Origin: Hormiphora californensis
Lineage: Eukaryota; Animalia; Ctenophora
Length of the DNA stretch: 64,000 bases
Direction of reading: 5' to 3'
Assembly (NCBI GenBank): GCA_020137815.1
Contig: CM035354.1
Coordinates: forward strand, 7,626,001-7,690,000
The position numbers were made by a program, and so were the translations under genes. The notes under the pieces are model-generated. The model saw only the letters and a list, made by a program, of their open reading frames with translations, ran no database searches and was not told the origin of the DNA. Within the stretch, counting starts at the first letter, position 1. The number at the start of each line of letters is the position of its first letter. Below, piece after piece: positions 11,492 through 22,469 of the stretch.

Positions 11492-12434
11492 TTATGTGAA
11501 ACTTTTCAGTTCAGTAAATATTGACAACTAATTTTTTAACTATATTTGGTATTTCCTTAGCAAAGGCTGATGAAAGTATAAGTCTCAGTGATGGTGAATG
11601 GTAAGTTGATACAGACACATACAGAAATGCGTCACAACATGTACATAACAATATATGTTGTGACGTAGTACCCGAGTTATCAGTATTATATCACGTTCAT
11701 TTCTCTCTTACCTTACTTTACTTCTATTGCCCATTTAACATCCCTTCTCTCCAGTTTATTCGTTTGACGGTGTACTGATCTTTGTTCTACTGTCTATCTG
11801 TACATGTGCCTACATCAGGAATGTACCAAAGCTACGTCAGTTTCTTCTCTCTGAAAAGAATGGAATATTCGGTGCTCTATACAAAGGTACAGGTTTCATC
11901 TTGCTTAGCTAGACTGTGTTTCACACGACCCGCGAGGGTTAGAACATAACAAGTTTCATCTGCTTACTCACTAGACATGTTCAATAGTGTTCTCCCACAT
12001 GTCGTCTTATAATCCAGATTCCTCACGTATGTTTGTTTGACTCAAGTTATATATTCAGTGCTGTTATTATTCTCCCTCACTTCCTATTCCAATTATAATG
12101 TTTCCACAGCATCGATAATAGGGACTCGATTACACTGGGCAGTTTCAACAGCGTGTGTTACCATGGCAGTATATCTACTGGTCCTCAGATGAAGCAGGCC
12201 TGACTGAGGGAGAGAGAGATGATACTGTGTGTGGGGGGGCAAGAAAAACAATAACACGTTTTGTTGTGCATGTGTATTCAGTTGGGGTATAAGCAGAGTT
12301 GAAGTGTGTGTTTATTTGCAATCTGTATTAAATCGCATGTTAATATCTTTCGACTTTTAAATTTCATTTTATACCCCCTTTTTATTGGTAGGTCCCATGA
12401 AAAACTCACCAATACCCAATGTCTCCTTTATAGA

Positions 12435-13520
12435 ATGGTAGTGTCAGTCCAGTACTTGTTGGACGAGTTGTTTCCCCCAGCCCCCTTGACCCCGGCTGCT
12501 CATCAGACGTGGCTGAGAAACTGTTCAGACTACCTCCATCCCCTGGATTCTGATGATTGGAGGTGTGGAGCCATCTACTACGCCCGGAACACATGCGCCA
12601 TCCTGTCCGCAATTGGATCTATCATTGTGGGGTTTATTATCCTTATCAACAGGAGATACCGTCTAACAGCTGATAGGATGATGCTATACCTCCTCCTCCC
12701 CTCCCTCCTTGTCTCCTGTGTAACTCTCTACAACAGGATATGTTACGAGGAACTGGGCTGTAAGATAGTGGGCATGTTCATGAACTTAGGGATTCTTGGG
12801 CAGCGACTCACCATGTTGTGCCTAGTGATCAACCTGCTAGTGTTCGAGAAGTTCAACAAGTCACCTAGGTATCTGGAGTTAGGGTATATTTCCATCACCA
12901 TCACAGCCTGCGTGGCCCTCTCTTCCTTCCCCTGGATCACAAACAGCTACGGTCCGGCGGGGGTGTGGTGCTGGATCAAGGGGGAGACATCTACTGATAA
13001 CGAGATGAGATTCGGGTGTTTTTATTTCTGGATGCTCTCTGCCATCCTCGTTGAGATAATCCTCTTCTCCATGCTCCTGTACCGTCTGTTCAAATCTGTG
13101 CCCGCATCCTCTCAGACGAGAGAGAATGCCAGAGTAAGGAGGAAGTACGTGTTCCCGCTGATGAAGTACCCCCTGGTTAATTTTGTCCTGGCCATCCCTG
13201 TCACAACTAACAGGATACAAAACTGGCTAGCTCCGGATGACCCCATTTTCTGGCTGTTCCTTCTCCACTCCATGGTGTACCCTCTTTGGGGGTTCATTAA
13301 CGCCGCCGTCTACTTTTTAACCATGACGGCCGAGAATAGGAAGTTGTTCCTCCCCTCTCGGGTATGGGGGAGTCTGAAGGAGTGTTTTGTGGATTGTAGG
13401 AGTTGTGAGAGGGACAGTCTGGTTGAGAATGTTGATGCGGAACCTGGGAGGGTTGGTAGGAATGAGAGGAGTGGAATCAACTCCAGCCATTACGATTCAC
13501 AAACGGAGGAGATGAACTGA
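12435..13520 (+). CDS. 7TM receptor, cAMP-receptor-like (Dictyostelium CAR / GCR1 / GPR157-type), paralog 1
   Basis: Seven hydrophobic segments; YGPAGVWCWI, YP.V, NRIQNW, PLWGFINAAVY. ATG at 12435 follows acceptor ctcctttatag. Confidence 0.85.
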   Translation: MVVSVQYLLDELFPPAPLTPAAHQTWLRNCSDYLHPLDSDDWRCGAIYYARNTCAILSAIGSIIVGFIILINRRYRLTADRMMLYLLLPSLLVSCVTLYNRICYEELGCKIVGMFMNLGILGQRLTMLCLVINLLVFEKFNKSPRYLELGYISITITACVALSSFPWITNSYGPAGVWCWIKGETSTDNEMRFGCFYFWMLSAILVEIILFSMLLYRLFKSVPASSQTRENARVRRKYVFPLMKYPLVNFVLAIPVTTNRIQNWLAPDDPIFWLFLLHSMVYPLWGFINAAVYFLTMTAENRKLFLPSRVWGSLKECFVDCRSCERDSLVENVDAEPGRVGRNERSGINSSHYDSQTEEMN

Positions 13521-13567
13521 ATGGGACTTTGAATAACGTTTATATTTTGTTGATTTGTATAGTGATT

Positions 13568-14702
13568 TACCTCGACCAAAACGCGGAGTTTTTACGTCAG
13601 CCGACCCGAAACCTGATTAAATTTGGCCACCCGCTGATTTCAGGGCCTCAAAATATGTCAAAATATGTTTAAATTATCATTTGGGGTCATTTAGACCTTT
13701 TAATTACATGTAATTACCCTTTAATTACATGTAATTACTTCCAATTACATGTAATTACTTCCAATTACATTCCAATTACTTCAGTACCTCGAGAGCTTTC
13801 GAACGCACCCTAGAACACCTTTCTACTCCTTCTAATTGCCGAGTTCAGCATACCCCTTATTTTGACTGTTTTTCGCGTCCTACCCCTTATAGGTTTGGGT
13901 ATGGCCATCGCCACACCCCCTATACGTCGCGGGACCTCGAGACCTTTCCAACGAGCCATAGAACACCTCTCTACTACTTCAGGGGGCTTCAAAACTTTCA
14001 CTCTAAAAATATCTATGGTTTATGGTTTATGGTTTATGGTTTAGGGGGCTTCAAAACTTTCACTCTAAAAATATCTATGGTTTATGGTTTATGGTTGATC
14101 GACCAAAACGCGGAGTTTTTACGTCAGCCGACCCGAAACCGGATTAAATTTGGCCACCCGCTGATTTCAGGGCCTCCAAATATGTCAAAATATGTTTAAA
14201 TTATCATTCTGGGTCATTTAGACATTTTAATTACATGTAATTACCCTTTAATTACATGTAATTACATTTTAATTACATGTAATTACTTCCAATTACATTC
14301 CAATTACTTCAGCACCTCGAGATCTTTCGAACGCACCCTAGAACACCTTTCTACTCCTTCTAATTGCCGAGTTCTGTATACCCCTTATTTTGACTGTTTT
14401 TCGCGTCCTACACCTTATGGGTTTGGGTATGGCCATCGCCACACCCCCTATACGTCGCGGGACCTCGAGACCTTTCCAACGAGCCATAGAACACCTCTCT
14501 ACTACTTCAGGGGGCTTCAAAACTTTCACTCTAAAAATATCTATGGTTATGGTTTATGGTTATGGTTTTATGGTTTTTTTTTCATCTGGTATTAAGGGCC
14601 TGTCGGCTCGGCCCCGTTGTTTTAGTTTTAGGGGGGATGTTTTAGGGGGGATGGGTTGAGTTTGGGTTATATTCGGGTCGGGGGGCCTTACCAGGCCCCG
14701 AA
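13568..14702 (+). mobile_element. Tandem dimer (~527-bp unit) of a Helentron/HINE-like non-autonomous element
   Basis: Units start at ~13572 and ~14099; subterminal IR ccgacccgaa (13601) / ttcgggtcgg (14672); 3' hairpin ggggcc-ttacca-ggcccc (14682-14699); internal (taattacatg)n and (tatggtt)n; T-rich flanks without TSD. Confidence 0.65.
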
Positions 14703-14809
14703 TTTTGATTTTTTATACTGAATACTTGTTGATTGCTTTGAAATTTGTTTTACGTTTGAATTGTGTAATAAGTTGGTCTGTTTTCACACCATTCCTCCCT
14801 ATATCTAGC

Positions 14810-15832
14810 ATGTCCAACTCCTCCTCCTGGTTAACACTGTGTACTGATGAGACTACTTCTGATACAAGATGCCACACCATCACAGTCTGCAGAACCATCG
14901 CTGCTACATTATCTGTAATCGGCTGCCTGGTTGCCTTCCTTAACATCATCGTGTTTAAAAAGTTTAGATTCTTTACCCAGCGTCTCGTCCTCTACCTCCT
15001 TTGTTCCTGTTTCCTCCTCGCAACCCTCAGCTTCCAGAACCACACTAAATCTGGAGGTTGTTTCTTCAAAGGGTTCCTTAGACAAGCAGCCGGTCTCTCT
15101 CAAAACCTTTGGATTATCTGTATTAACATCCATCTCCTGCTACTGGTGGTTTACAACAAGGACAGACCGAGGTATCTGGAACATGTTTACCACGGGTGTG
15201 TGTGGGGTGTCTGTTTTGTTATGAGTATCATCCCATTTATAGGACACCATTACGGGGATGCGGGTATATGGTGCTGGATCAAGGGGGACACTGACTACGA
15301 GCATGGCCTCCGTGTAGCATGTTACTACTTCTGGCTCATGTTACTGGTGTTCGGGGGAGCTGGGATATACGGGGTGATCATCTACAATCTGTGGAGTAGA
15401 ATTAATAGTTATGATGGGACCTACAATCCTGAGATCGAGAAGGCAAAGGAGAGGCACAGAAAGAGTATTCGACCACTCCTCTTCTACCCCATTGTAGATC
15501 TTGTCCTGGCTAGTATCTCTACCACTAACCGCATACAAAACTGGGCTAATCCAGGAAACCCCGTCTTTGCGCTCTACCTACTCCATGCTATTGTGTCCCC
15601 CTTGTGGGGGTTTGCTAATGCTCTCTTGTTTCTGATGAACAGGGACACCCTGAGACAGATGCACCCTGTGGTGTTCTGGAAACAGCTGAAGCAATGGAGT
15701 ATTACCACCTTCAACTTCACCAAATCTGTAAATACCCAGCCTAATGTACAGCCGTACACTATTGGAGCGGATCCAACTTCAGTAGTGGATGAAAGGGAGG
15801 AGGGGAGTAGGATGGATATGGAGGATGATTAG
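14810..15832 (+). CDS. 7TM receptor, cAMP-receptor-like, paralog 2
   Basis: YGDAGIWCWI, PRYLE, TTNRIQNW, PLWGFANA are shared with 12435-13520. ATG follows cctatatctag. Confidence 0.85.
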   Translation: MSNSSSWLTLCTDETTSDTRCHTITVCRTIAATLSVIGCLVAFLNIIVFKKFRFFTQRLVLYLLCSCFLLATLSFQNHTKSGGCFFKGFLRQAAGLSQNLWIICINIHLLLLVVYNKDRPRYLEHVYHGCVWGVCFVMSIIPFIGHHYGDAGIWCWIKGDTDYEHGLRVACYYFWLMLLVFGGAGIYGVIIYNLWSRINSYDGTYNPEIEKAKERHRKSIRPLLFYPIVDLVLASISTTNRIQNWANPGNPVFALYLLHAIVSPLWGFANALLFLMNRDTLRQMHPVVFWKQLKQWSITTFNFTKSVNTQPNVQPYTIGADPTSVVDEREEGSRMDMEDD

Positions 15833-16405
15833 GTGAGCTGAGGGGAGTGGGGCTGGTTGCTCGTACTATATCTCTACTGTGGAAACTATAAGGACAACAC
15901 GGCTATACTATGTCATCAATGCGCCATATTAGAATTGTCTAGTAGTATGTTTTAGTTTTCATTTAGCACACTCACACAGACAGAGACTATCTTAGTAATT
16001 TTTCACACGTGTGGCTGTATATTATGTTTTCCTTGACGTGAATAATTCATACCCCACTTCAGGGAGAAAGACAGATTTAGCCTCACAAACACCCACACAT
16101 ACCATTGCCTTTATTTTGCTTTGCTTGTATTTGCGTTTATTTTCCAGAGAGTTCATTTTTTTCAGTTAACTCCTTTTTTGTAATTTTCATCACAGCATGC
16201 TAACTGCTAGCAGATATTTTGTATTATTTTTAGGATATCACTGAACCGTGTGTTTTGTATCGTATTATTTTGTACTTTAATTTTGTAAACCGTAAGAAAA
16301 GTGTAAATCAATCATAATCTAGTTTCTTTTAGAATACCGTTGTGTTTCTTTCATATATCTCTTCCCAACATTTAACCCCACTTCCCTCCCTTTATAGGAC
16401 ACAAT

Positions 16406-16882
16406 ATGCTGATCTCACCAACATCACACAACCTGTCTTCTCTTGACCAGTACAGAGAAAAGAAAGGAGTAGAGGAAGAGGATGATGGTTTCATATCTGA
16501 TCTGTATGATGAGACTGTATCAGATCCTGAGGATGCCACTGAGGAACACGTGTGTTTCTGTGAGAACAACGAGACCGTTCATGATCCAGAAGGAGCTACA
16601 GAACCATCTGAAAATCTCCAATCGTGCTACCACTTCTGGTCCAAAGCACTGACACCTGGGGATGAGGGGGAGGTAGTTGGGGAGCCTGACATGACGGTGG
16701 AGTCTGGTGAAATGGAGGGTGACGAAGGTGGTTTTAAATCCTGGTCTGAAGTCCTGGTTGTGTTCGATGAAACTGTGGTAGATCCAGAGGGTGCAACTGA
16801 GCCTGATGATGAGGAGATGGAATCATCCTGGTCGGCACTACTACAAGAGGAGACCACACCCGCCACTCCTGCTGTATGCTAA
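16406..16882 (+). CDS. Small acidic, probably disordered protein with three ETVxDPE(D/G)ATE repeats; possibly an upstream FKBP8 exon
   Basis: 158-aa ORF after acceptor tccctttatag; the motif is shared with the FKBP8 N-terminal exon (QTVEDPEDATEP). Confidence 0.6.
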   Translation: MLISPTSHNLSSLDQYREKKGVEEEDDGFISDLYDETVSDPEDATEEHVCFCENNETVHDPEGATEPSENLQSCYHFWSKALTPGDEGEVVGEPDMTVESGEMEGDEGGFKSWSEVLVVFDETVVDPEGATEPDDEEMESSWSALLQEETTPATPAVC

Positions 16883-17419
16883 GGGAAAGAAACAATGATT
16901 TCAATGGACTAGTGAAGTTGACACTGGGTGAAATCCGACAGGTCAGATAGGCCATAAACAATGTAGCCTATCTGACCTGTCGGACACGATATTATATGGC
17001 TCGGGGTAAGCCATGTATAATGGGGCTGCACCTGATTGCTGGGAGAGTATTATTTATTCAATGTCAGATATTATTTGCTGCATGCTGTGCTATGTTGTTG
17101 ATTCCAGTATTAACTAGGCCACGATGTGTGCCTGTATTTTAAACCCCGATAACAACCACCAGGCAGCACTAATAGCGGACTGCTTGGGGTTCGATTCTTT
17201 TTAAACTTTATTCAATATCACCCGCCAAAATTAATAATTGCTCGCGGAAACATGGTCCAAATTTATATTAAATCAGTATAATTTATTCATTGCCAATAAT
17301 AATTGTTGCATGCTGCTACGCTGATATATTTTTAACTACCCTTTAACTGTTTTTATTATAAATTGATGTTGTAAGTGTTTATTTTATTCATGTGTTACTT
17401 CTTCATGTCTAAACTCCCC

Positions 17420-19983
17420 TACTCCCCATTACCCTCCTCTCCAACCCCTCCCTCCCTCTATAGAAGTGATCCCTATTACCCTCCTCTCCAACCCCTCCCT
17501 CCCCTCTCTAGAAGTGATCCCTATTACCCTCCTCTCCAACCCCCTCCTCCCTCTCTAGAAGTGATCCCTATTACCCTCCTCTCCAACCCCTCCCTCCCTC
17601 TCTAGATGTGATCCCTATTACCCTCCTCTCCAACCCCTTCCTCCCTCTCTAGAAGTGATCCCTATTACCCTCCTCTCCAACCCCTTCCTTCCTCTATAGA
17701 AGTGATCCCTATTACCCTCCTCTCCAACCCCTCCCTCCCCTCTATAGAAGTGATCCCTATTACCCTCCTCTCCAACCCCTTCCTCCCTCTCTAGAAGTGA
17801 TCCCTATTACCCTCCTCTCCAACCCCTCCCTCCCTCTCTAGAAGTGATCCCTATTACCCTCCTCTCCAACCCCTCCCTCCCTCTCTAGAAGTGATCCCTA
17901 TTACCCTCCTCTCCAACCCCTCCCTCCCTCTATAGAAGTGATCCCTATTACCCTCCTCTCCAACCCCTTCCTCCCTCTATAGAAGTGATCCCTATTACCC
18001 TCCTCTCCAACCCCTCCTCCCTCTCTAGAAGTGATCCCTATTACCCTCCTCTCCAACCCCTCCCTCCCCTCTCTAGAAGTGATCCCTATTACCCTCCTCT
18101 CCAACCCCTCCCTCCCTCTCTAGAAGTGATCCCTATTACCCTCCTCTCCAACCCCTCCCTCCCTCTATAGAAGTGATCCCTATTACCCTCCTCTCCAACC
18201 CCTCCTCCCCTCTATAGAAGTGATCCCTATTACCCTCCTCTCCAACCCCTCCTCCCTCTCTAGAAGTGATCCCTATTACCCTCCTCTCCAACCCCTCCCT
18301 CCCTCTCTAGAAGTGATCCCTATTACCCTCCTCTCCAACCCCTTCCTCCCTCTCTAGAAGTGATCCCTATTACCCTCCTCTCCAACCCCTCCTCCCCTCT
18401 ATAGAAGTGATCCCTATTACCCTCCTCTCCAACCCCTCCTCCCCTCTCTAGAAGTGATCCCTATTACCCTCCTCTCCAACCCCTCCTCCCCTCTCTAGAA
18501 GTGATCCCTATTACCCTCCTCTCCAACCCCTCCTCCCTCTCTAGAAGTGATCCCTATTACCCTCCTCTCCAACCCCTCCCTCCCTCTCTAGAAGTGATCC
18601 CTATTACCCTCCTCTCCAACCCCTTCCTCTCTATAGAAGTGATCCCTATTACCCTCCTCTCCAACCCCTCCCTCCCTCTCTAGAAGTGATCCCTATTACC
18701 CTCCTCTCCAACCCCTCCCTCCCCTCTCTAGAAGTGATCCCTATTACCCTCCTCTCCAACCCCTCCCTCCCTCTCTAGAAGTGATCCCTATTACCCTCCT
18801 CTCCAACCCCTCCCTCCCTCTCTAGAAGTGATCCCTATTACCCTCCTCTCCAACCCCTCCCTCCCCTCTATAGAAGTGATCCCTATTACCCTCCTCTCCA
18901 ACCCCTCCCTCCCTCTATAGAAGTGATCCCTATTACCCTCCTCTCCAACCCCTTCCTCCCCTCTCTAGAAGTGATCCCTATTACCCTCCTCTCCAACCCC
19001 TCCCTCCCCTCTCTAGAAGTGATCCCTATTACCCTCCTCTCCAACCCCTTCCCCCCTCTATAGAAGTGATCCCTATTACCCTCCTCTCCAACCCCCTCCT
19101 CCCCTCTATAGAAGTGATCCCTATTACCCTCCTCTCCAACCCCTTCCTCCCTCTCTAGAAGTGATCCCTATTACCCTCCTCTCCAACCCCTCCCTCCCTC
19201 TCTAGAAGTGATCCCTATTACCCTCCTCTCCAACCCCTCCCCCCTCTCTAGAAGTGATCCCTATTACCCTCCTCTCCAACCCCTCCCTCCCTCTCTAGAA
19301 GTGATCCCTATTACCCTCCTCTCCAACCCCCTCCTCCCCTCTATAGAAGTGATCCCTATTACCCTCCTCTCCAACCCCTCCCTCCCTCTATAGAAGTGAT
19401 CCCTATTACCCTCCTCTCCAACCCCTTCCTCCCCTCTCTAGAAGTGATCCCTATTACCCTCCTCTCCAACCCCTCCCTCCCCTCTCTAGAAGTGATCCCT
19501 ATTACCCTCCTCTCCAACCCCTTCCCCCTCTATAGAAGTGATCCCTATTACTCTCCTCTCCAACCCCTCCTCCCCTCTATAGAAGTGATCCCTATTACCC
19601 TCCTCTCCAACCCCTTCCTCCCTCTCTAGAAGTGATCCCTATTACCCTCCTCTCCAACCCCTCCCTCCCTCTCTAGAAGTGATCCCTATTACCCTCCTCT
19701 CCAACCCCTCCCCCCTCTCTAGAAGTGATCCCTATTACCCTCCTCTCCAACCCCCTCCTCCCCTCTATAGAAGTGATCCCTATTACCCTCCTCTCCAACC
19801 CCTTCCTCCCTCTCTAGAAGTGATCCCTATTACCCTCCTCTCCAACCCCTCCCTCCCTCTCTAGAAGTGATCCCTATTACCCTCCTCTCCAACCCCTTCC
19901 TCCCCTCTCTAGAAGTGATCCCTATTACCCTCCTCTCCAACCCCTCCCTCCCTCTATAGAAGTGATCCCTATTACCCTCCTCC
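17420..19983. repeat. ~47-bp C/T-rich minisatellite, roughly 50+ copies
   Basis: (agaagtgatccctattaccctcctctccaacccctccctccctctct)n, ending immediately before tccgatcag-a-ATG of TBL3. Confidence 0.97.
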
Positions 19984-19990
19984 GATCAGA

Positions 19991-22276
19991 ATGAAGAGGG
20001 CATTTAAACTTGACAGGAAGTTGGAGCCCTTCTACACAGGTGGTCCCATCTCCCTCAGCCCCGACAAAGAGTTCCTGTTCTGCCAGTGTGAGAACATTGT
20101 TCGTATTGTTCGTGTAGCCACGGGGGAGACATTTGCTAGTTTTGGCAGTGAGGAGGATGCAGCGGTCACGATCACTGGAGATGATGAGACGTTGTTCACT
20201 GCCCACAGATCGTCCCTTTTGATAAAACAGTGGCGGTGGAAAGATGGTTCCAGTGAGGAGCCTGCCCGGAGTTTTAAAGCCCATACTGTCCCTGTTACAT
20301 CACTTGATATGGATTCCTCTTCTACCCTCTTGGCGTCAGGAGCTACAGATGGTGCCATCAGGGTCTGGGATATAGAGAAGAATTACTGTACTCACCAGTT
20401 TAAGGGCAGTGTCGGTGTTATCACTCTCCTAGAGTTCAGGGGCCTTCAACTATTCTCTTCTGCTGATGACCTCAAGGTGCGGGTATGGTGCCTGGACACT
20501 TCCTCTCCCCTGTTTGTATTATCAGGCCATGTCAGCCCCGTTACATCTCTTGTCTTCCTGGGGGATGATACTGTGGTGTCTGCTGGCAGGGACAAAGTGC
20601 TGATAAGGTGGAATTTAGAGGGTGAGGGAGAGCGGATGGTGACTCTGCCGGTATTTGAGTGTATTGAAGGAGCTGTGTTGGGTGAGGGTGGGAACAGTGT
20701 CGTCACTGCGGGAGAGAAGGGTGTGTTACGTACCTGGGATATGGCCACACTAAAGTGCATCAAGGAACAGAGTGAACCAGCTCTGAAGAGGGAGTTTGTT
20801 AACCTCCTACCCTACACAAAGGGGGCCATGATGGCTGTTACATTTGATCAGAATATAATGATTCACAACGCAGAGTTGGAGTTACAGAGGAATCTGATTG
20901 GCTATAACGATGAGATTATCGACCTAAAACGAGGCTCAGTGGGTCGTATCGTCATGGCAACAAATAGTGAACAGTTGAGGATCATCAACACAGAGTCCCT
21001 AGCAACCACTGTGTTGTCAGGACACAAGGCAACAGTCCTGGCTATAGATACCAGTGTGGAGCATGGGTTACTGGCTAGTGGCAGTAAGGACAGTAGTGTT
21101 ATAGTATGGAAGGAGGGGGAGGACAGTAGTTATACCCCCGTCACCACCCTAACAGGCCACACTAGTGATGTCAGTGGTGTGGCGTGGTCCAACCTCCCAG
21201 AGAACCTGTTCCTAGTAACAGTGAGCAGTGACCTCACCCTAAAACTCTGGCAACCTTCCAAAGGCCGGGCAGATAAGCTCCACAAAACAAAGTGTGTGTA
21301 TACTATAAAGGCGCACGAGAAGGATGTGAACTGTGTTACTGTATCTCCTAACGACAAGCTGGTAATAACAGGTTCACTGGATAAAACTGCCAAGGTATGG
21401 AGTGCTGATAAGGGCCAGTTAATGGGCACACTCCGGGGTCACAAGAGGGGTATCTGGTCTGCCCGATTCAGCCCAGTAGACCAATGTGTCATTACTACCT
21501 CAGGGGATGCCATGTTGAAACTCTGGAGACTATCAGACTTCTCCTGTATACGAACCTACGAGAGCCATTCTGCCTCAGTTCTGAACTGTCAGTTCCTAAC
21601 CCACGGTCGTCAGGTTGTGTCATGTTGTGCAGATGGACTTGTCAAGGTGTGGGATGTCTCTACTGCGGAGTGTCTGACCACCATGGACGGACACACTGAC
21701 AAATGTTGGGCACTCCTAGTCGGAGAGGAGGAGGAGGAGGAGGGCAGTGTGGTGGTTAGTGGAGCAGCTGACTCTCTCCTCTGTTTTTGGAAGGATATCA
21801 CAGCGGAGGAAGAGGCGGAGGAGCTGAGAAAGGACGAGGAACAGAGTGAGAAACAACAGGAACTCAGCAACTTGGTTAGACAGAAGAATTACCCAGCTGC
21901 CTTTGCACTGTCCCTCTCCCTGGGCATGCCTTACAAGTGCCTCACTGTGACAGAAAAGGTGTTCAAGGAACAAGATGGGGAGATGGTGATGAGGAACCTT
22001 ATCACTGACTTGGCAATGGACCAACTAGATACCCTGTTGGGATACATAGCAACCTGGAACACTAACTCCAAACATACCGTCCCTGCCCAGAAGGTGTTGT
22101 TCTCCCTTCTCTCCAGCAAACATTTCCCTGTTCTGGCTAGTGATACGAAGATGAAGCACCATTGGGAGGCCCTGATTCCCTACACAGAGCGGCACTTTGA
22201 GAGATGGACCAAACTGAAACAGCAGGCCACCATAGTGAACTATACTTGGAGTCGAATGAAGCTCACTCAAGTGTGA
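19991..22276 (+). CDS. TBL3: Transducin beta-like 3 / UTP13 (SSU processome WD40 protein); single coding exon
   Basis: LEPFYTGG, IGYNDEIIDL, MATNSEQLR, AHEKDVN.V.VSPNDKL, LRGHKRGIW..FSPVDQ, WNTNSKH...AQ, LIPYTERHF. Confidence 0.97.
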   Translation: MKRAFKLDRKLEPFYTGGPISLSPDKEFLFCQCENIVRIVRVATGETFASFGSEEDAAVTITGDDETLFTAHRSSLLIKQWRWKDGSSEEPARSFKAHTVPVTSLDMDSSSTLLASGATDGAIRVWDIEKNYCTHQFKGSVGVITLLEFRGLQLFSSADDLKVRVWCLDTSSPLFVLSGHVSPVTSLVFLGDDTVVSAGRDKVLIRWNLEGEGERMVTLPVFECIEGAVLGEGGNSVVTAGEKGVLRTWDMATLKCIKEQSEPALKREFVNLLPYTKGAMMAVTFDQNIMIHNAELELQRNLIGYNDEIIDLKRGSVGRIVMATNSEQLRIINTESLATTVLSGHKATVLAIDTSVEHGLLASGSKDSSVIVWKEGEDSSYTPVTTLTGHTSDVSGVAWSNLPENLFLVTVSSDLTLKLWQPSKGRADKLHKTKCVYTIKAHEKDVNCVTVSPNDKLVITGSLDKTAKVWSADKGQLMGTLRGHKRGIWSARFSPVDQCVITTSGDAMLKLWRLSDFSCIRTYESHSASVLNCQFLTHGRQVVSCCADGLVKVWDVSTAECLTTMDGHTDKCWALLVGEEEEEEGSVVVSGAADSLLCFWKDITAEEEAEELRKDEEQSEKQQELSNLVRQKNYPAAFALSLSLGMPYKCLTVTEKVFKEQDGEMVMRNLITDLAMDQLDTLLGYIATWNTNSKHTVPAQKVLFSLLSSKHFPVLASDTKMKHHWEALIPYTERHFERWTKLKQQATIVNYTWSRMKLTQV

Positions 22277-22469
22277 GGGGAGGCTGTGTGTTTTTATCTA
22301 ATTTATTGAACACGTTAACTTATTTTCAGTTTTTACACCGGTTTTATCACACAAAATATAGTTTTAGTACTCTGCAGGCATCTCTGCTTATTCCCGTTTT
22401 TACACCCAAATACCAATATCTATAACCCTCCCCCTCCCTCCTAATCATATCCCCATTTTATAGGTGTTC

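Noticed and set aside
13810-14659. Duplicated short ORFs
   Set aside because: They lie in the tandem repeat units and show no protein features.
17420-19983. CRISPR-like array; ORFs such as MIPITLLSNP...
   Set aside because: No unique spacers, eukaryotic context and no cas genes; the ORFs are translations of the repeat.
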